Assembly (NCBI GenBank): GCA_963777315.1
Contig: CAVZQC010000004.1
Location: 576,001 to 640,000, forward strand
Origin: Vulcanimicrobiota bacterium
Lineage (GTDB): Bacteria > Vulcanimicrobiota > Vulcanimicrobiia > Vulcanimicrobiales > Vulcanimicrobiaceae
Reading direction: 5' to 3'
DNA length: 64,000 bases
Shown in pieces: positions 54,710 to 64,000 of the stretch. Made by a program: the position numbers and the translations under genes. The notes beneath the pieces are model-generated. The model searched no databases, was not told where the DNA came from, and worked only from the letters and a program-made list of their open reading frames with translations. Position 1 is the stretch's first letter, and each line of letters opens with the position of its first letter.

Positions 54710-55933
54710 GTGGAGCAATCATCGAAAGTACGCGCGCGCAAGATCGCGGCGATGCTGATTGCCGCGATCTTGCCGTTCTGCACCTTCTCTACCGCTTTAG
54801 CCGCGGACCATTCGTCCGTCGCGACGATCAACGGTATCGCGCGCAGATCCATGGCTGCCTATCATTTAAAGGCCATGATCGTCCAGGTGCGCTCGAACGA
54901 AAGCAACGTGTACACCGGCGCCTTCGGCGATTCGATGACCGGCGTACGCGCCACCCCCGCGATGCACTTCCGCAACGGAGCAATGGCCTTTACATACATG
55001 GCGACACTGCTGCTCGTGCTCGTGGACCACAAGAAAGTCACGCTCGACACCAAGCTCTCAACCTATTTCCCGCAGCTGCCTCACGCGGGAAGCATCACCC
55101 TCAGGAACCTGGCAAATATGACTTCGGGCTACGCCGATTACGTGTATCAGCCCGAAGTGCTGCGCGGTACGGACCTCGATCCGTTTCGCCAATGGACGTC
55201 GCAGGATTTGATCCGCATAGGCGTTTCGGCACCCATGATGTTTCGTACCGGCACCAATTGGGGCTACTCGCACACGAACTTCGTCATCTTGGGCCGCGTC
55301 CTCGAGAAGATCGCCGGCATGCCGCTGGCGGACGCCATACGCACGTACGTCTTGACACTTATGGGTTTAAAGCAAACGCGCGCCTCCACGACGCCCCAGA
55401 TTCCCGAACCCGTACTGCACTCGTTCGATTCCGAACGCCGCCAAATACTCGGTGTCAGGGCCGGCGTACCGTTTCTCGAAGAATCGACCTTTTGGAATCC
55501 GTCGTGGACAACCGTGGAGGGAGCCGTGGAGACCACCGACATCACCGACATGAGCGTCAGCATGGAGGCTGTCGCATCGGGGAAGATCCTGTCTCAGGCG
55601 TCGTCGGCCGCACAAATCAAACCGCACCTCCTAGGCTTCGGCCATGCCGCGCGCAACTGTTCCGCATGCCGCGCAAACACTGCGGCCTTCAGCTATGGTT
55701 TGGGCACGATGATCCTCGGCCCATGGATAGCGCAGACGCTGGGCTTCGCCGGTGCGTCGGGAGCCGTCGCTTATTTGCCCTCACGAAAACTGACGATAGC
55801 GGTGGAAGCGACGAACGGCCCCGCTGCGTTCGACGACAAAGGCAATGCGAAGGTCGGCATCCCCGCCTCCAACGTGCTTATGGCGCTCGCCCAAGCGCTT
55901 GCGCCGAATACTCTCCCGAAGCAGCCGCACTGA
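54710..55933 (+). CDS. Secreted beta-lactamase-fold serine hydrolase family protein with a degenerate active site
   Basis: ITLRNLANMTSG and WGYSHTNF motifs. The SxxK position reads GAMAF. Confidence 0.8.
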   Translation: MEQSSKVRARKIAAMLIAAILPFCTFSTALAADHSSVATINGIARRSMAAYHLKAMIVQVRSNESNVYTGAFGDSMTGVRATPAMHFRNGAMAFTYMATLLLVLVDHKKVTLDTKLSTYFPQLPHAGSITLRNLANMTSGYADYVYQPEVLRGTDLDPFRQWTSQDLIRIGVSAPMMFRTGTNWGYSHTNFVILGRVLEKIAGMPLADAIRTYVLTLMGLKQTRASTTPQIPEPVLHSFDSERRQILGVRAGVPFLEESTFWNPSWTTVEGAVETTDITDMSVSMEAVASGKILSQASSAAQIKPHLLGFGHAARNCSACRANTAAFSYGLGTMILGPWIAQTLGFAGASGAVAYLPSRKLTIAVEATNGPAAFDDKGNAKVGIPASNVLMALAQALAPNTLPKQPH

Positions 55934-55943
55934 CCGGCGAACT

Positions 55944-56585
55944 TTAGATCCGGAAAATCTGCGCGAACCGCGCGAACAATTTGCGATCGCCTTGCACGCG
56001 CACTATCTTCTTTTTTAGCGCTTCCTGAGGCGTTATCTCGCCGGCCATCAGCGCGCGAATTCCCGGGCCGGCTTCGATCGTTACATCGGGATCGCTGAGC
56101 GGGCCCGTCCCGACGGTGATTTTTCCATTGCGCACTTTTGCGTGCACCGTCACGGGGCCGAGGTGCAGCTCGTACGACGCATTCAGGCGGTGTGCAGCTT
56201 CAGAGCGAAAGGTCGAAAGGAGGGCCACGGCCATGGAATCTGCGGTGACGCTCTCATCGGCGCGTGGATCGCCCAGGCGTTTTGCGCCCCAGCGCCCCAA
56301 GCTGATCACGGGCTCTTGGAGCTCTTCTCCCGCTTGCGTGAGCTCGTACACGACTGCACCGGACGGCCGCGGCAAGACTCGCCGCCGCACGACACCGGAC
56401 TCTTCCAGCTCCTTCAAGCGCGCCGTGAGGATGTTGCTGGGGATACCCGCCAGACCGCGCTGCAGATCGCTAAAGCGCTTGGGACCCACGAGCAAATCGC
56501 GAACGATGAGCAAAGCCCAGCGTTCACCCACCATTTCCAGGGCGCGTGCGAAGCCGCAGTATTGCCCATACGGACGAGTGGCCAT
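55944..56585 (-). CDS. HxlR winged-helix regulator with SCP2 domain
   Basis: YGQYC, GERWALLIVRDL and LTARLKELE motifs. Confidence 0.88.
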   Translation of the reverse strand: MATRPYGQYCGFARALEMVGERWALLIVRDLLVGPKRFSDLQRGLAGIPSNILTARLKELEESGVVRRRVLPRPSGAVVYELTQAGEELQEPVISLGRWGAKRLGDPRADESVTADSMAVALLSTFRSEAAHRLNASYELHLGPVTVHAKVRNGKITVGTGPLSDPDVTIEAGPGIRALMAGEITPQEALKKKIVRVQGDRKLFARFAQIFRI

Positions 56586-56621
56586 GCCGTCATTATAGCG
56601 CACCCTTGCAATGCTGCATAG

Positions 56622-56640
56622 TGCTTGCTATTTACAAGTA
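56622..56640. promoter_or_regulatory. Putative HxlR operator
   Basis: TGCTTG-N7-CAAGTA inverted repeat between the divergent genes. Confidence 0.45.
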
Positions 56641-56690
56641 CAGGCGCTACAATCTACCGATATTCTTCAGCCGCAAAAATTGAGGTCCTT

Positions 56691-57170
56691 ATGCAAAAGA
56701 TCGTTCCGTTTCTTTGGTTTGAGAGCCAGGCCGAGGAGGCTTGCAACTTTTACGTTTCCGTTTTCAACGATTCGAAAATCGACAGCGTCAGCCGCTATGG
56801 AGAAGCCGGACCGGGTCCCAGCGGCTCGGTGATGACCGTAGAATTCACGCTCGAAGGGCAAGACTTTATGGCGATCAACGGCGGGCAGGCTGCCGGCACG
56901 GCGGGCTTGGCGCAGATAGCGCTGTTCGTCAACTGCCAAACGCAAGCTGAAGTCGATTCGTTGTGGGACAAGCTTTCCCAAGGCGGAGAAACGCTGCAGT
57001 GCGGCTGGCTCAAAGACAAGTACGGGTTTTCGTGGAACATCGTTCCAAACGGACTAGTCGAACTCGTGAGCGGTTCCGATCCCGAGAAAGCGCAGCGGGC
57101 GATGAAAGCCATGCTTCAAATGGAAAAGCTCGACATCGACGAGCTCCGGCGCGCATACGAGGGTCGATAG
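56691..57170 (+). CDS. VOC family protein (PhnB/3-demethylubiquinone methyltransferase-like)
   Basis: QKIVPFLWF and [12 protein letters not shown] motifs. Confidence 0.88.
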   Translation: MQKIVPFLWFESQAEEACNFYVSVFNDSKIDSVSRYGEAGPGPSGSVMTVEFTLEGQDFMAINGGQAAGTAGLAQIALFVNCQTQAEVDSLWDKLSQGGETLQCGWLKDKYGFSWNIVPNGLVELVSGSDPEKAQRAMKAMLQMEKLDIDELRRAYEGR

Positions 57171-57178
57171 CGTCGTGG

Positions 57179-57600
57179 TCAGGGTCCTCGATAGCCGACG
57201 TCGATGATGCGAAATACTTGGCCTCCGGGCGCGCTGAAATAAACGTGCGAACTTGCCGGATGAGCGAAGCTGCGAATGCCGGCGTGATGCAGCTTCTGCT
57301 GCACCGCCGGCACGTCGTCGGTGCGAAACTCCAGCCAGGCGCCGCGAAGCGCACGCGCATAGTCGCCGTCGCAGGGCTCTTCTGCCGCAGCGTCGGTAAA
57401 CTCCACGCTGAACGCACTGGCGTCGGGAAAAGAGACGAGCAGAATCGGAAGCGGCAAACCGAAGTCGAGCGTTCGCACGTCGCATTCGAGGACGTCGCGA
57501 AACAGGCCGGTGAACCGCTCCCGGTACTCGGGCCGCACGAACAGATGCACGCGCGCCCCTAAGCCTCCGATCACTGTGAACGTTGCGCCGTGGTCTGCAT
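57179..57600 (-). CDS. VOC-like hypothetical protein, probable frameshift near the start
   Basis: FTGLFRDVLEC, WLEF and YFSAPGGQVF. The AAGGAG-ATG at 57600 is out of frame with the body. Confidence 0.6.
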
Positions 57601-57767
57601 ATGGCGACTCCTTTTTAGAGGCCCTTGCCGACACTCTACCACCCTGACCCATACGGTCCCAGACGTCCGCTTGCCTAGGCATGGTCCTGGATCGCATGAA
57701 ACGCGGCCCCAAGAGCGAATCCGCCGTGCTATAGTTCTTGCGCCCGTTCTACTCAAAAGGAGCTGTG

Positions 57768-58289
57768 ATGAACCGCTTATTGTCCTTTGCCGTTGCACTG
57801 AGCTGTGCGCTCGCCTGGGCGCTTCCCGCATCCGCCGCAACCGTGAATCTGCCCGCCGGCACGAAAGTGACCGTGCGTCTCGTAAATCAGATTTCCTCGG
57901 GGAACGCGACACCGGGGCAGCGCTTTACCTTTGAAGCAGCGGATCCCGTCACGGTCGGCAGCCGCGTCGTGATTGCCGAAGGAGCAAAAGGAACCGGACA
58001 CGTCGTGCGAGCGGTCAAGGCGCACGGAAAAAGCGCAGGCGAAATGACGCTTGCGTTCGCGAGCATTCATGCCGCGGATGGAACGCCGGTGAGCCTGACC
58101 GAAGTCAGCAGCACCAAAGGCAATCCTGAAAAGGGCAAAGCGTCGACCGCTACGATCGCAGCTACCATCGCGCTGGGCCCGATCGGACTGCTGGCGCATA
58201 ACATGGTCAAGGGCAAGGACGTCGTCGTGGGGCCGAAGCAAACGTTTCCGGCGTGGGTGAAAAACACCACGCCGATAACCTTGCCGTAA
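57768..58289 (+). CDS. Secreted hypothetical protein
   Basis: Signal peptide, LPAGTKVTVRL, AAGGAG RBS. Confidence 0.75.
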   Translation: MNRLLSFAVALSCALAWALPASAATVNLPAGTKVTVRLVNQISSGNATPGQRFTFEAADPVTVGSRVVIAEGAKGTGHVVRAVKAHGKSAGEMTLAFASIHAADGTPVSLTEVSSTKGNPEKGKASTATIAATIALGPIGLLAHNMVKGKDVVVGPKQTFPAWVKNTTPITLP

Positions 58290-58304
58290 GCGAAACCCCG
58301 CAAA

Positions 58305-58883
58305 ATGGCGAGCGCAGCTGCTCCATCACGGCCGGCATCCAGGCCGCTATGGCCTCAGCTGACGTGGTGGGCGCTCGCGTTCCCGGTGGTGATGATCGTC
58401 GCATTGATCACCGCGAACTTTTTCTTGCTCAATTTCGTCCACGTGCTTTCGGGCGGCCTCTGGACGGGTGCCGACCTGTTCATGGGGTTCATGCTCGGGC
58501 CCGTGATGCGGCGGCTGGAACCGCCGCAGCGCGCGGGCGTCATCGCTTATCTGGTGCCGCGCACGATGCTGTATTTCCCGATGGTTTCGCTTACCACGAC
58601 GACGGCCGGGTGGTTTTTAGCAGCCCGGCTGGGCTATCTGGCGCCGGGCAATCCGCAGTTGCCATGGGCGGTTGCAGCGCTCGTTATCGTGGCGCTGCTC
58701 ACGATTCAGGGTCTGGGCATCTTTCTGCCCAACTCCATTCGCATGTGGGTCGAACTGCAAAAACCGCAACCCGATCGCGAGCGCATCGGGCGCCTTGCGC
58801 GGGTGAATTTTTCGCTTGCCGGACTGCAAGGGATATTCCAAGTGGCGATCATCGTCGTGATGAGCCACTTCGTCGTCGGGTAA
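58305..58883 (+). CDS. Integral membrane protein (DUF2269-like)
   Basis: Five hydrophobic segments and HVLSGGLWTG. Confidence 0.7.
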   Translation: MASAAAPSRPASRPLWPQLTWWALAFPVVMIVALITANFFLLNFVHVLSGGLWTGADLFMGFMLGPVMRRLEPPQRAGVIAYLVPRTMLYFPMVSLTTTTAGWFLAARLGYLAPGNPQLPWAVAALVIVALLTIQGLGIFLPNSIRMWVELQKPQPDRERIGRLARVNFSLAGLQGIFQVAIIVVMSHFVVG

Positions 58884-58889
58884 CGGCGG

Positions 58890-59951
58890 GTGCGGTGGTT
58901 CGCACTCTTGGCTTGCATCGCCGTCTGCTGCGTGCGGCCGGTCTATGCTGCGCAGCCGCAATATGTGCACGCGCAAATGCAGAGCGCGCTGCTGAGCGGG
59001 TTTTGGCGGCAGCCGGTTTCCATCGACGCGCACGTGCTGCTTCCCGATTCATACTACAAAGAGCCGCACAGGCACTATCCGATCATCTATTGGATCCAAG
59101 GCTTCGGCGGTTTCGGGAACATCGACATGCGCAGCGAGATCGAGTGGCAAAAACCGATGCGCCGCCTGCACACGGAATTCATCGTCGTCTTCCTGGACGG
59201 TATGTTCAACGGCGGCCATCAAGAGTTTGCCGATTCGGCCAACAATGGGCCATGGGGCACCGCATTGACGACCGAATTCATTCCCAAGACCGAAGCGTTC
59301 TTTCGAGCAATCGGCACCGAGCAGACGCGCTTTGTCGGCGGCCATTCTTCGGGCGGCTGGTCGGCGTTGTGGCTTGCGATCACCTATCCAAATCTGTTTG
59401 GCGGCGAGTGGTCGATCTCACCCGACCCCGTAGATTTTCGGGATTTCACCGGCCCGGATCTGACCCGCGTTCCCCCGCAGAATTTCTTTAAGGACGGCGC
59501 GGGCCACGATTACGACATCGACGGCATGCCGCTGCGCGGATTCGTCGTCGGTCCGGGGTGGGAAAGGCGTCAGTTCGACTCTTTCGACTCGGTCTTCAGC
59601 CCGCGCGACGCACTGGGCAAAGCCGAACCGCTCTTCGACCGAAAATCAGGCCGAATCGATCCTGCCGTCGAGCAGTACTGGGACGCGCATTACGACATAG
59701 CGCGCATCTTGTCGCACAATTGGACGTCGCTGGGTCCGCAGCTGCGCGGCAAACTGCACATTATCGTGGGAACGGCGGACCAGTTTCATCTCGACGCACC
59801 CGTTCGATTGCTTCAAGACGAGCTTCGAGGTTTAGGCAGCGACGCCGAAATCGATTTCGCTCCGGGAGCGAATCACTTTACCGTGTTCGATTGGCACGGC
59901 GGGCTCATCGCCTACGTCGTGAACGAAGCGGCGGCCGAACTGCCGAAGTGA
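58890..59951 (+). CDS. Secreted esterase (alpha/beta hydrolase)
   Basis: VLLPDSY, GHSSGG, GTAD and GANH motifs. Confidence 0.85.
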   Translation: MRWFALLACIAVCCVRPVYAAQPQYVHAQMQSALLSGFWRQPVSIDAHVLLPDSYYKEPHRHYPIIYWIQGFGGFGNIDMRSEIEWQKPMRRLHTEFIVVFLDGMFNGGHQEFADSANNGPWGTALTTEFIPKTEAFFRAIGTEQTRFVGGHSSGGWSALWLAITYPNLFGGEWSISPDPVDFRDFTGPDLTRVPPQNFFKDGAGHDYDIDGMPLRGFVVGPGWERRQFDSFDSVFSPRDALGKAEPLFDRKSGRIDPAVEQYWDAHYDIARILSHNWTSLGPQLRGKLHIIVGTADQFHLDAPVRLLQDELRGLGSDAEIDFAPGANHFTVFDWHGGLIAYVVNEAAAELPK

Positions 59952-59955
59952 TCCG

Positions 59956-60261
59956 TTACGTGCGCCTGGCTTCGCCTGCGCGGTAGCGATAGACGATGCG
60001 GCCTTTGGTGAGATCGTAGGGCGACACTTCGACGTCGACCCGGTCTCCGGGCAGAATTTTAATCCGGTGGCGCCGCAGCCGTCCGGCGATGTGAGCCAGG
60101 ATGACGTGCCCGTTGTCCAACTCGACCGAGAACGTCGTGCTCGGAAAAACCTGCTTGATGCTTCCAAAAACTTCCAGCGGCGCTTCCTTATTGTCCGTGG
60201 ACGGCATCTTGGGAGCGCGCGGGGCGGTGTTGCGATTCCGGTTGCGTGAAGGGATAGCCAA
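59956..60261 (-). CDS. infA: Translation initiation factor IF-1 with basic N-terminal extension
   Basis: [55 protein letters not shown] before a TTG start. Confidence 0.9.
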   Translation of the reverse strand: MAIPSRNRNRNTAPRAPKMPSTDNKEAPLEVFGSIKQVFPSTTFSVELDNGHVILAHIAGRLRRHRIKILPGDRVDVEVSPYDLTKGRIVYRYRAGEARRT

Positions 60262-60268
60262 AACTCCT

Positions 60269-61460
60269 TTAGCGCCGGCGGCGGCGCGCAAACGTGCGGC
60301 GCCGAACCGTCGCGGTATTGACGATTGCTGCAGTTCCTACGTCGGAGAGCGCATGCTCTTCGCGATCCATGCGGCCGCCGATAATTCGTTCGATTAGCGC
60401 AAACTGCGGCGCCTCCTCGCGCGAAACGAACGTAATGGCGTCGCCGGCCTTTTTCGCGCGCGCGGTGCGTCCGATGCGGTGGATGTAGTCGCCCGCTTCG
60501 GCGGGGACGTCGTAGTTGATCACGTGGCCCAGATCGACGACGTCCAAGCCGCGGGCAGCCAGATCGGTCGCGACAAGGACGCGATATTTTCCCCTTTTGA
60601 ATGCCTCCAGCGCGCGCGTGCGCTGGGCCTGCGTCCTGTCGCCGTGGATGCGCTCGGCTCCGACGTTATGCTTGACCAATGCGTTTGCGACGCGCTCCGC
60701 TCGGGCTTTGGTGCGCGTAAAGACGATCGCGCTGTAAATGGCATTGCCGGCGAGCAGTTCGAGCAGCAGATCGGTCTTCTTGTGCGCTTCGACGGCGTAA
60801 ACGGATTGCACGACGGTTTCCACCGGCGTCGCGCTCGGCGCAAGGTTCACGCGCGTCGGATCGCGCACCAACTCCGCTGCCAAGCTACCGGCTTGACCGC
60901 TCAGCGTCGCCGATAAGAACAGCGTTTGCCGCTCGCGCGGAAGCTTGCTCAGAATCCGCCGCACCGCGGGGAGAAAGCCCATGTCGAGCATGCGGTCTGC
61001 CTCATCGAGCACGAGCATGCGCACGTCCTCGAACCGCGCTTGACGGCGCTCGATTAGGTCGATGAGCCGCCCGGGGGTGGCAACGATGACCTCGGCGCCG
61101 CTGCGGAACGCTTGAAATTGCGGCTCGAAACCGACTCCGCCGTGAACGGCTGCAACTCGCAGCTGCGTATATTTGGCCAGCGCGCGCAGGTGTTCGGTGA
61201 CCTGCTGCGCGAGCTCGCGCGTTGGAACAAGGATCAATGCTTTCGTGCGGGCAGCCGGGCCGTCCAGGCAACGCTGCAGCACCGGCAATCCGAACGCGGC
61301 GGATTTGCCGCTGCCCGTGGGAGCGCCGGCAAGGATGTCGCGCCCGGCCAGCGCTGGTGGTATGGTCAGCCGCTGAACGTCGGTAGACTTGGGTGAACCG
61401 AAGGTCGCTCAGGGCGCGCAGGAACGCGGGCTGTAAGCCGAAATCGCTGAAATTCGAAAT
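60269..61460 (-). CDS. DEAD-box RNA helicase (RhlE-like), frameshift at ~61390, apparent ATT start
   Basis: FSDFGL, Q motif [24 protein letters not shown] and HRIGRTAR motifs. Confidence 0.9.
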
Positions 61461-61650
61461 AGAAACCGTCTTTCAAGTGGCGCAACTGTTCGACCACTCG
61501 AAAGATCGCGCGTTAGTGAGACCGCTGCAGTGTCTCATACTTGCGTAGGCGCGGCAACCACGAACGTCGGCGCGGCTAGAACTAGCAGGCTAGCGCATAT
61601 ACGCCTGCCAAGAAACCCGAACCGAGGTCTCGAAAGACCGCTCTTCAGAT

Positions 61651-62518
61651 ATGGCTAGGGTCGCCGCGATCGCCGGTATCTGGTGTCTGGCACAGCTCGT
61701 GCTGACTTTTTCATTCGCAAGCGGGGCCGCATCCGGCGGTCCCGTCGCTCTTTCGGCACTGGCTCCGGTCGATGAGTACTTCGGTCGCCAAAAGCTCAGC
61801 CCGTTCGGCGTTCGGCATAAGGTTTTTGCACTCAAAGACGATCTGCACCACGCGCGCTCGCATCCCGACGCTATAGAACACGACGCGCTGCTGACCGAAG
61901 ACGCGCTGCACGACTGGACGACGCGATTCCCGCACGATCCGTGGCTGCCGGCCACGGCGTGGAACTTGGCCACGCTGTACGAAGAGTTGCCCGGCGCCGA
62001 TGCGCAGATGCACGCGATAGACTGCCTTGCAGTACGTACGCGATCGTTTTGCGGATACGCCGTATGCCGGCTACGCAGCGCGCGATCTCGCGCGGGGCGT
62101 AGGCGTTCGTCCGTGGCCGCGCTGGGCCGGATCGCACGCGCAGCGCGTCGCAACCTCACGCATCGTCACGCCGTCGCCTGCGGCTTCCGCAGTCCCCTCG
62201 CCGGCGTCCCAAGCTTCGCCGTTCGCTGCGCAAACGCCGGGAGATCCGGCATCGTTGGTTGCCGCGATCAAAGCTCAGCACGACGCGGCATCGGCGCAAA
62301 CGTTGGAAAAGCTCTATTGGACGCTCTCGAAAAACGGTACGGATGGCGCATACGCCCGAGCCGCGTGGGAATTCGCCGCGCTGTACGAACAATTGCCGGG
62401 TGAAGATTCGCGCAAACGCGCCATTCGTTTTCTAGCGATGCTGGTCGATCGCTATCCGACTCTGGTTTACGGCCGTTGGGCGATGCGTGACTTAGAACGA
62501 GGCGTGGGCACGCGCTGA
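61651..62518 (+). CDS. Secreted TPR-like hypothetical protein with internal duplication, frameshift at ~62026
   Basis: APVDEYFGR motif and two copies of AW..A.LYE.LPG...RDL.RGVG.R across the frameshift. Confidence 0.7.
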
Positions 62519-63657
62519 ACCGGGCATTTTCACGCGCTCCAGGCTCAGCCACCGTGCCATTGCTTTGAGATCTTCGCGCAGATGCTCGCGTACGTTTGCG
62601 CGATCCACGCGCGGTTCGAAATGCACCGCCTGCACCAGCAGTGTGGAACTGCGGCGTTCCGCTTTCAGGTCCACGCGCGCGGCCAAACCTTCGTCCAAGA
62701 GATACGGCAAGACGTAATAGCCGTGCACGCGCTTATGCGCCGGCGTGTAGATCTCGATGCGATAGTGAAAATCGAAAAGCCGATGCACGCGCGGCCGGCT
62801 CCATACCAATGAGTCAAAGGGCGAAAGCAGCGCGCTCGCGCGCACGGCGCGCGGTTTGCGCGCGTCACGGTGCAGATAGGCCTGCTTCCATCCCTGCACG
62901 CAGACGGGCCGAAGCGTCCCGGCCCGGACGAGATCGACGATCGCGGCACGCGCGTCGTCGGCGGGGAGCCGGAAGTAATCGCGCAGATCAGCCTCCGTTG
63001 CCACGCCGCAAGCCCGAGCAGCGCGTTCGACCAGCTGCACGCAGGCCTCTCGTTCGCCGACGTGCTGTTGCAATAGCGGCCCCGGAATGGCGCGCTGCGT
63101 CAGATCGTAAACCCGTTCGAAACTGGGTCGCCGTCCAACCGGCGTGATCTCACCGCACCAATACAAAAACTCGACGGCACGCCTAGTGTCGCTCCATCCC
63201 CACCAGCCGCCCGTCCCTTTGGCGCCGGCTAAATCCGACGCACTCAGTTCGCCACGTTCTTCGAACGCAGCGCGCACCCGCGCGACCAAGTCGCCGCGCT
63301 CGCGCCCCACACGCGCGACGTTGCTCCACACGCCGGTTCCGCTGCGCGCGCGCTGCATTCGCCAGCGCAGCAGCGGATAGGTTTCGATCGGCAGCAGCGA
63401 GGCTTCGTGTCCCCAATATTCAAAAACGCGCCGCGGCTGCGAGTACGTTATCCGATCCAATAACGTGCGATCGTACGGGCCCAAACGTGAGAATGCCGGC
63501 AAATATTGCGAGCGCACCAGCACGCTGACCGAATCTATCTGCACCGCCCCCAAATCTCGAATGAGCGCGCGAAGCCCGGCCGCTCCCACTGCAGCGCCGG
63601 CAGCGCGGCCGAATCCCTGAGCCGCCAGCGCAATGCGGCGAGCCTGTGCGCAGCTCA
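62492..63657 (-). CDS. YcaQ/AlkZ-like crosslink-repair DNA glycosylase (start uncertain)
   Basis: ARRIALAAQGF, QID, EYWGHEAS, LLSPFD and YRIEIY motifs. Confidence 0.88.
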
Positions 63658-63675
63658 GTTCCGGGTACTGCTCTC

Positions 63676-63736
63676 TAACTAATTTTTTAGTTGACTTTGG
63701 GTTTCGCAGCGCCTATACTCCTAATGAATTAGTTGA
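63676..63736 (+). promoter_or_regulatory. Near-consensus sigma70 promoter with two flanking operator-like repeats
   Basis: TTGACT(63691)-N17-TATACT(63714), flanked by TAACTAATTTTTTAGTTGA and CTCCTAATGAATTAGTTGA. Confidence 0.75.
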
Positions 63737-63751
63737 CACAGGAGGCCTGTC

Positions 63752-63856
63752 ATGAAAAGCTCTGCGGCATCGTCCCGGTATCCTCGCCCCACGCTCGAGC
63801 GTCCCACGCCCGCCACGACGATCTTTTCCGGCTGGGGACCTCGGCTAGGCCTTTAG
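63752..63856 (+). CDS. 34-aa small peptide MKSSAASSRYPRPTLERPTPATTIFSGWGPRLGL
   Basis: AGGAGG RBS and ATG directly after the promoter. Confidence 0.6.
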   Translation: MKSSAASSRYPRPTLERPTPATTIFSGWGPRLGL

Positions 63857-63907
63857 GAAAATGCGTCCCAACGGCATCCGTTCCCACCTACGGCGCGTTC
63901 TGGAAGT

Positions 63908-64000
63908 ATGCGAATGCTGCACGTCGCGATCTTTTTGGCCCTCCAGCACGTCGTCTTGGCTGGGGGGTGCTTCTGGGGCATGCAGGCGGTCTTCGAGCAA
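63908..64000 (+). CDS. msrA: Peptide methionine sulfoxide reductase A, 5' part
   Basis: VVLAGGCFWGMQAVF. Confidence 0.85.
   Translation, partial: MRMLHVAIFLALQHVVLAGGCFWGMQAVFEQ

Overview
High-GC bacterial chromosomal window. The hypothetical-protein families suggest Eremiobacterota/Vulcanimicrobiota, which is an inference. Positions 1-41 kb are mostly housekeeping and metabolism: a GAF-GGDEF-STAND ATPase, five tRNAs, rdgB, lepA, yggT, an M23 peptidase, SRP RNA, an M3 peptidase, tyrosine catabolism genes (hppD, hmgA, fahA), deoC with an ALDH, a PAS-GAF-GGDEF-EAL protein, an EgtB-like sulfoxide synthase, a peptide-binding lipoprotein, icd, a glycosidase, a ferritin-like protein, serA with a phosphatase, tRNA-Ser followed by 135-bp tRNA-derived tandem repeats, aroE, yqeG and an NrdR-regulated class II ribonucleotide reductase with a LAGLIDADG intein. 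About 41.9-51 kb is a decaying accessory region with IS3 and IS110 remnants, broken toxin-antitoxin loci and pseudogenes. Positions 51-64 kb hold secreted and membrane proteins, a DEAD-box helicase-infA pair, a YcaQ-like glycosylase, a strongly signalled unannotated 34-aa peptide and the start of msrA. Several single-base frameshifts in conserved genes suggest assembly indels. The best novelty candidates are the anti-tRNA repeat array, the 34-aa peptide, the orphan gene in the homogentisate cluster and the apparent AUU start of the helicase. All calls were made by eye, without database searches.
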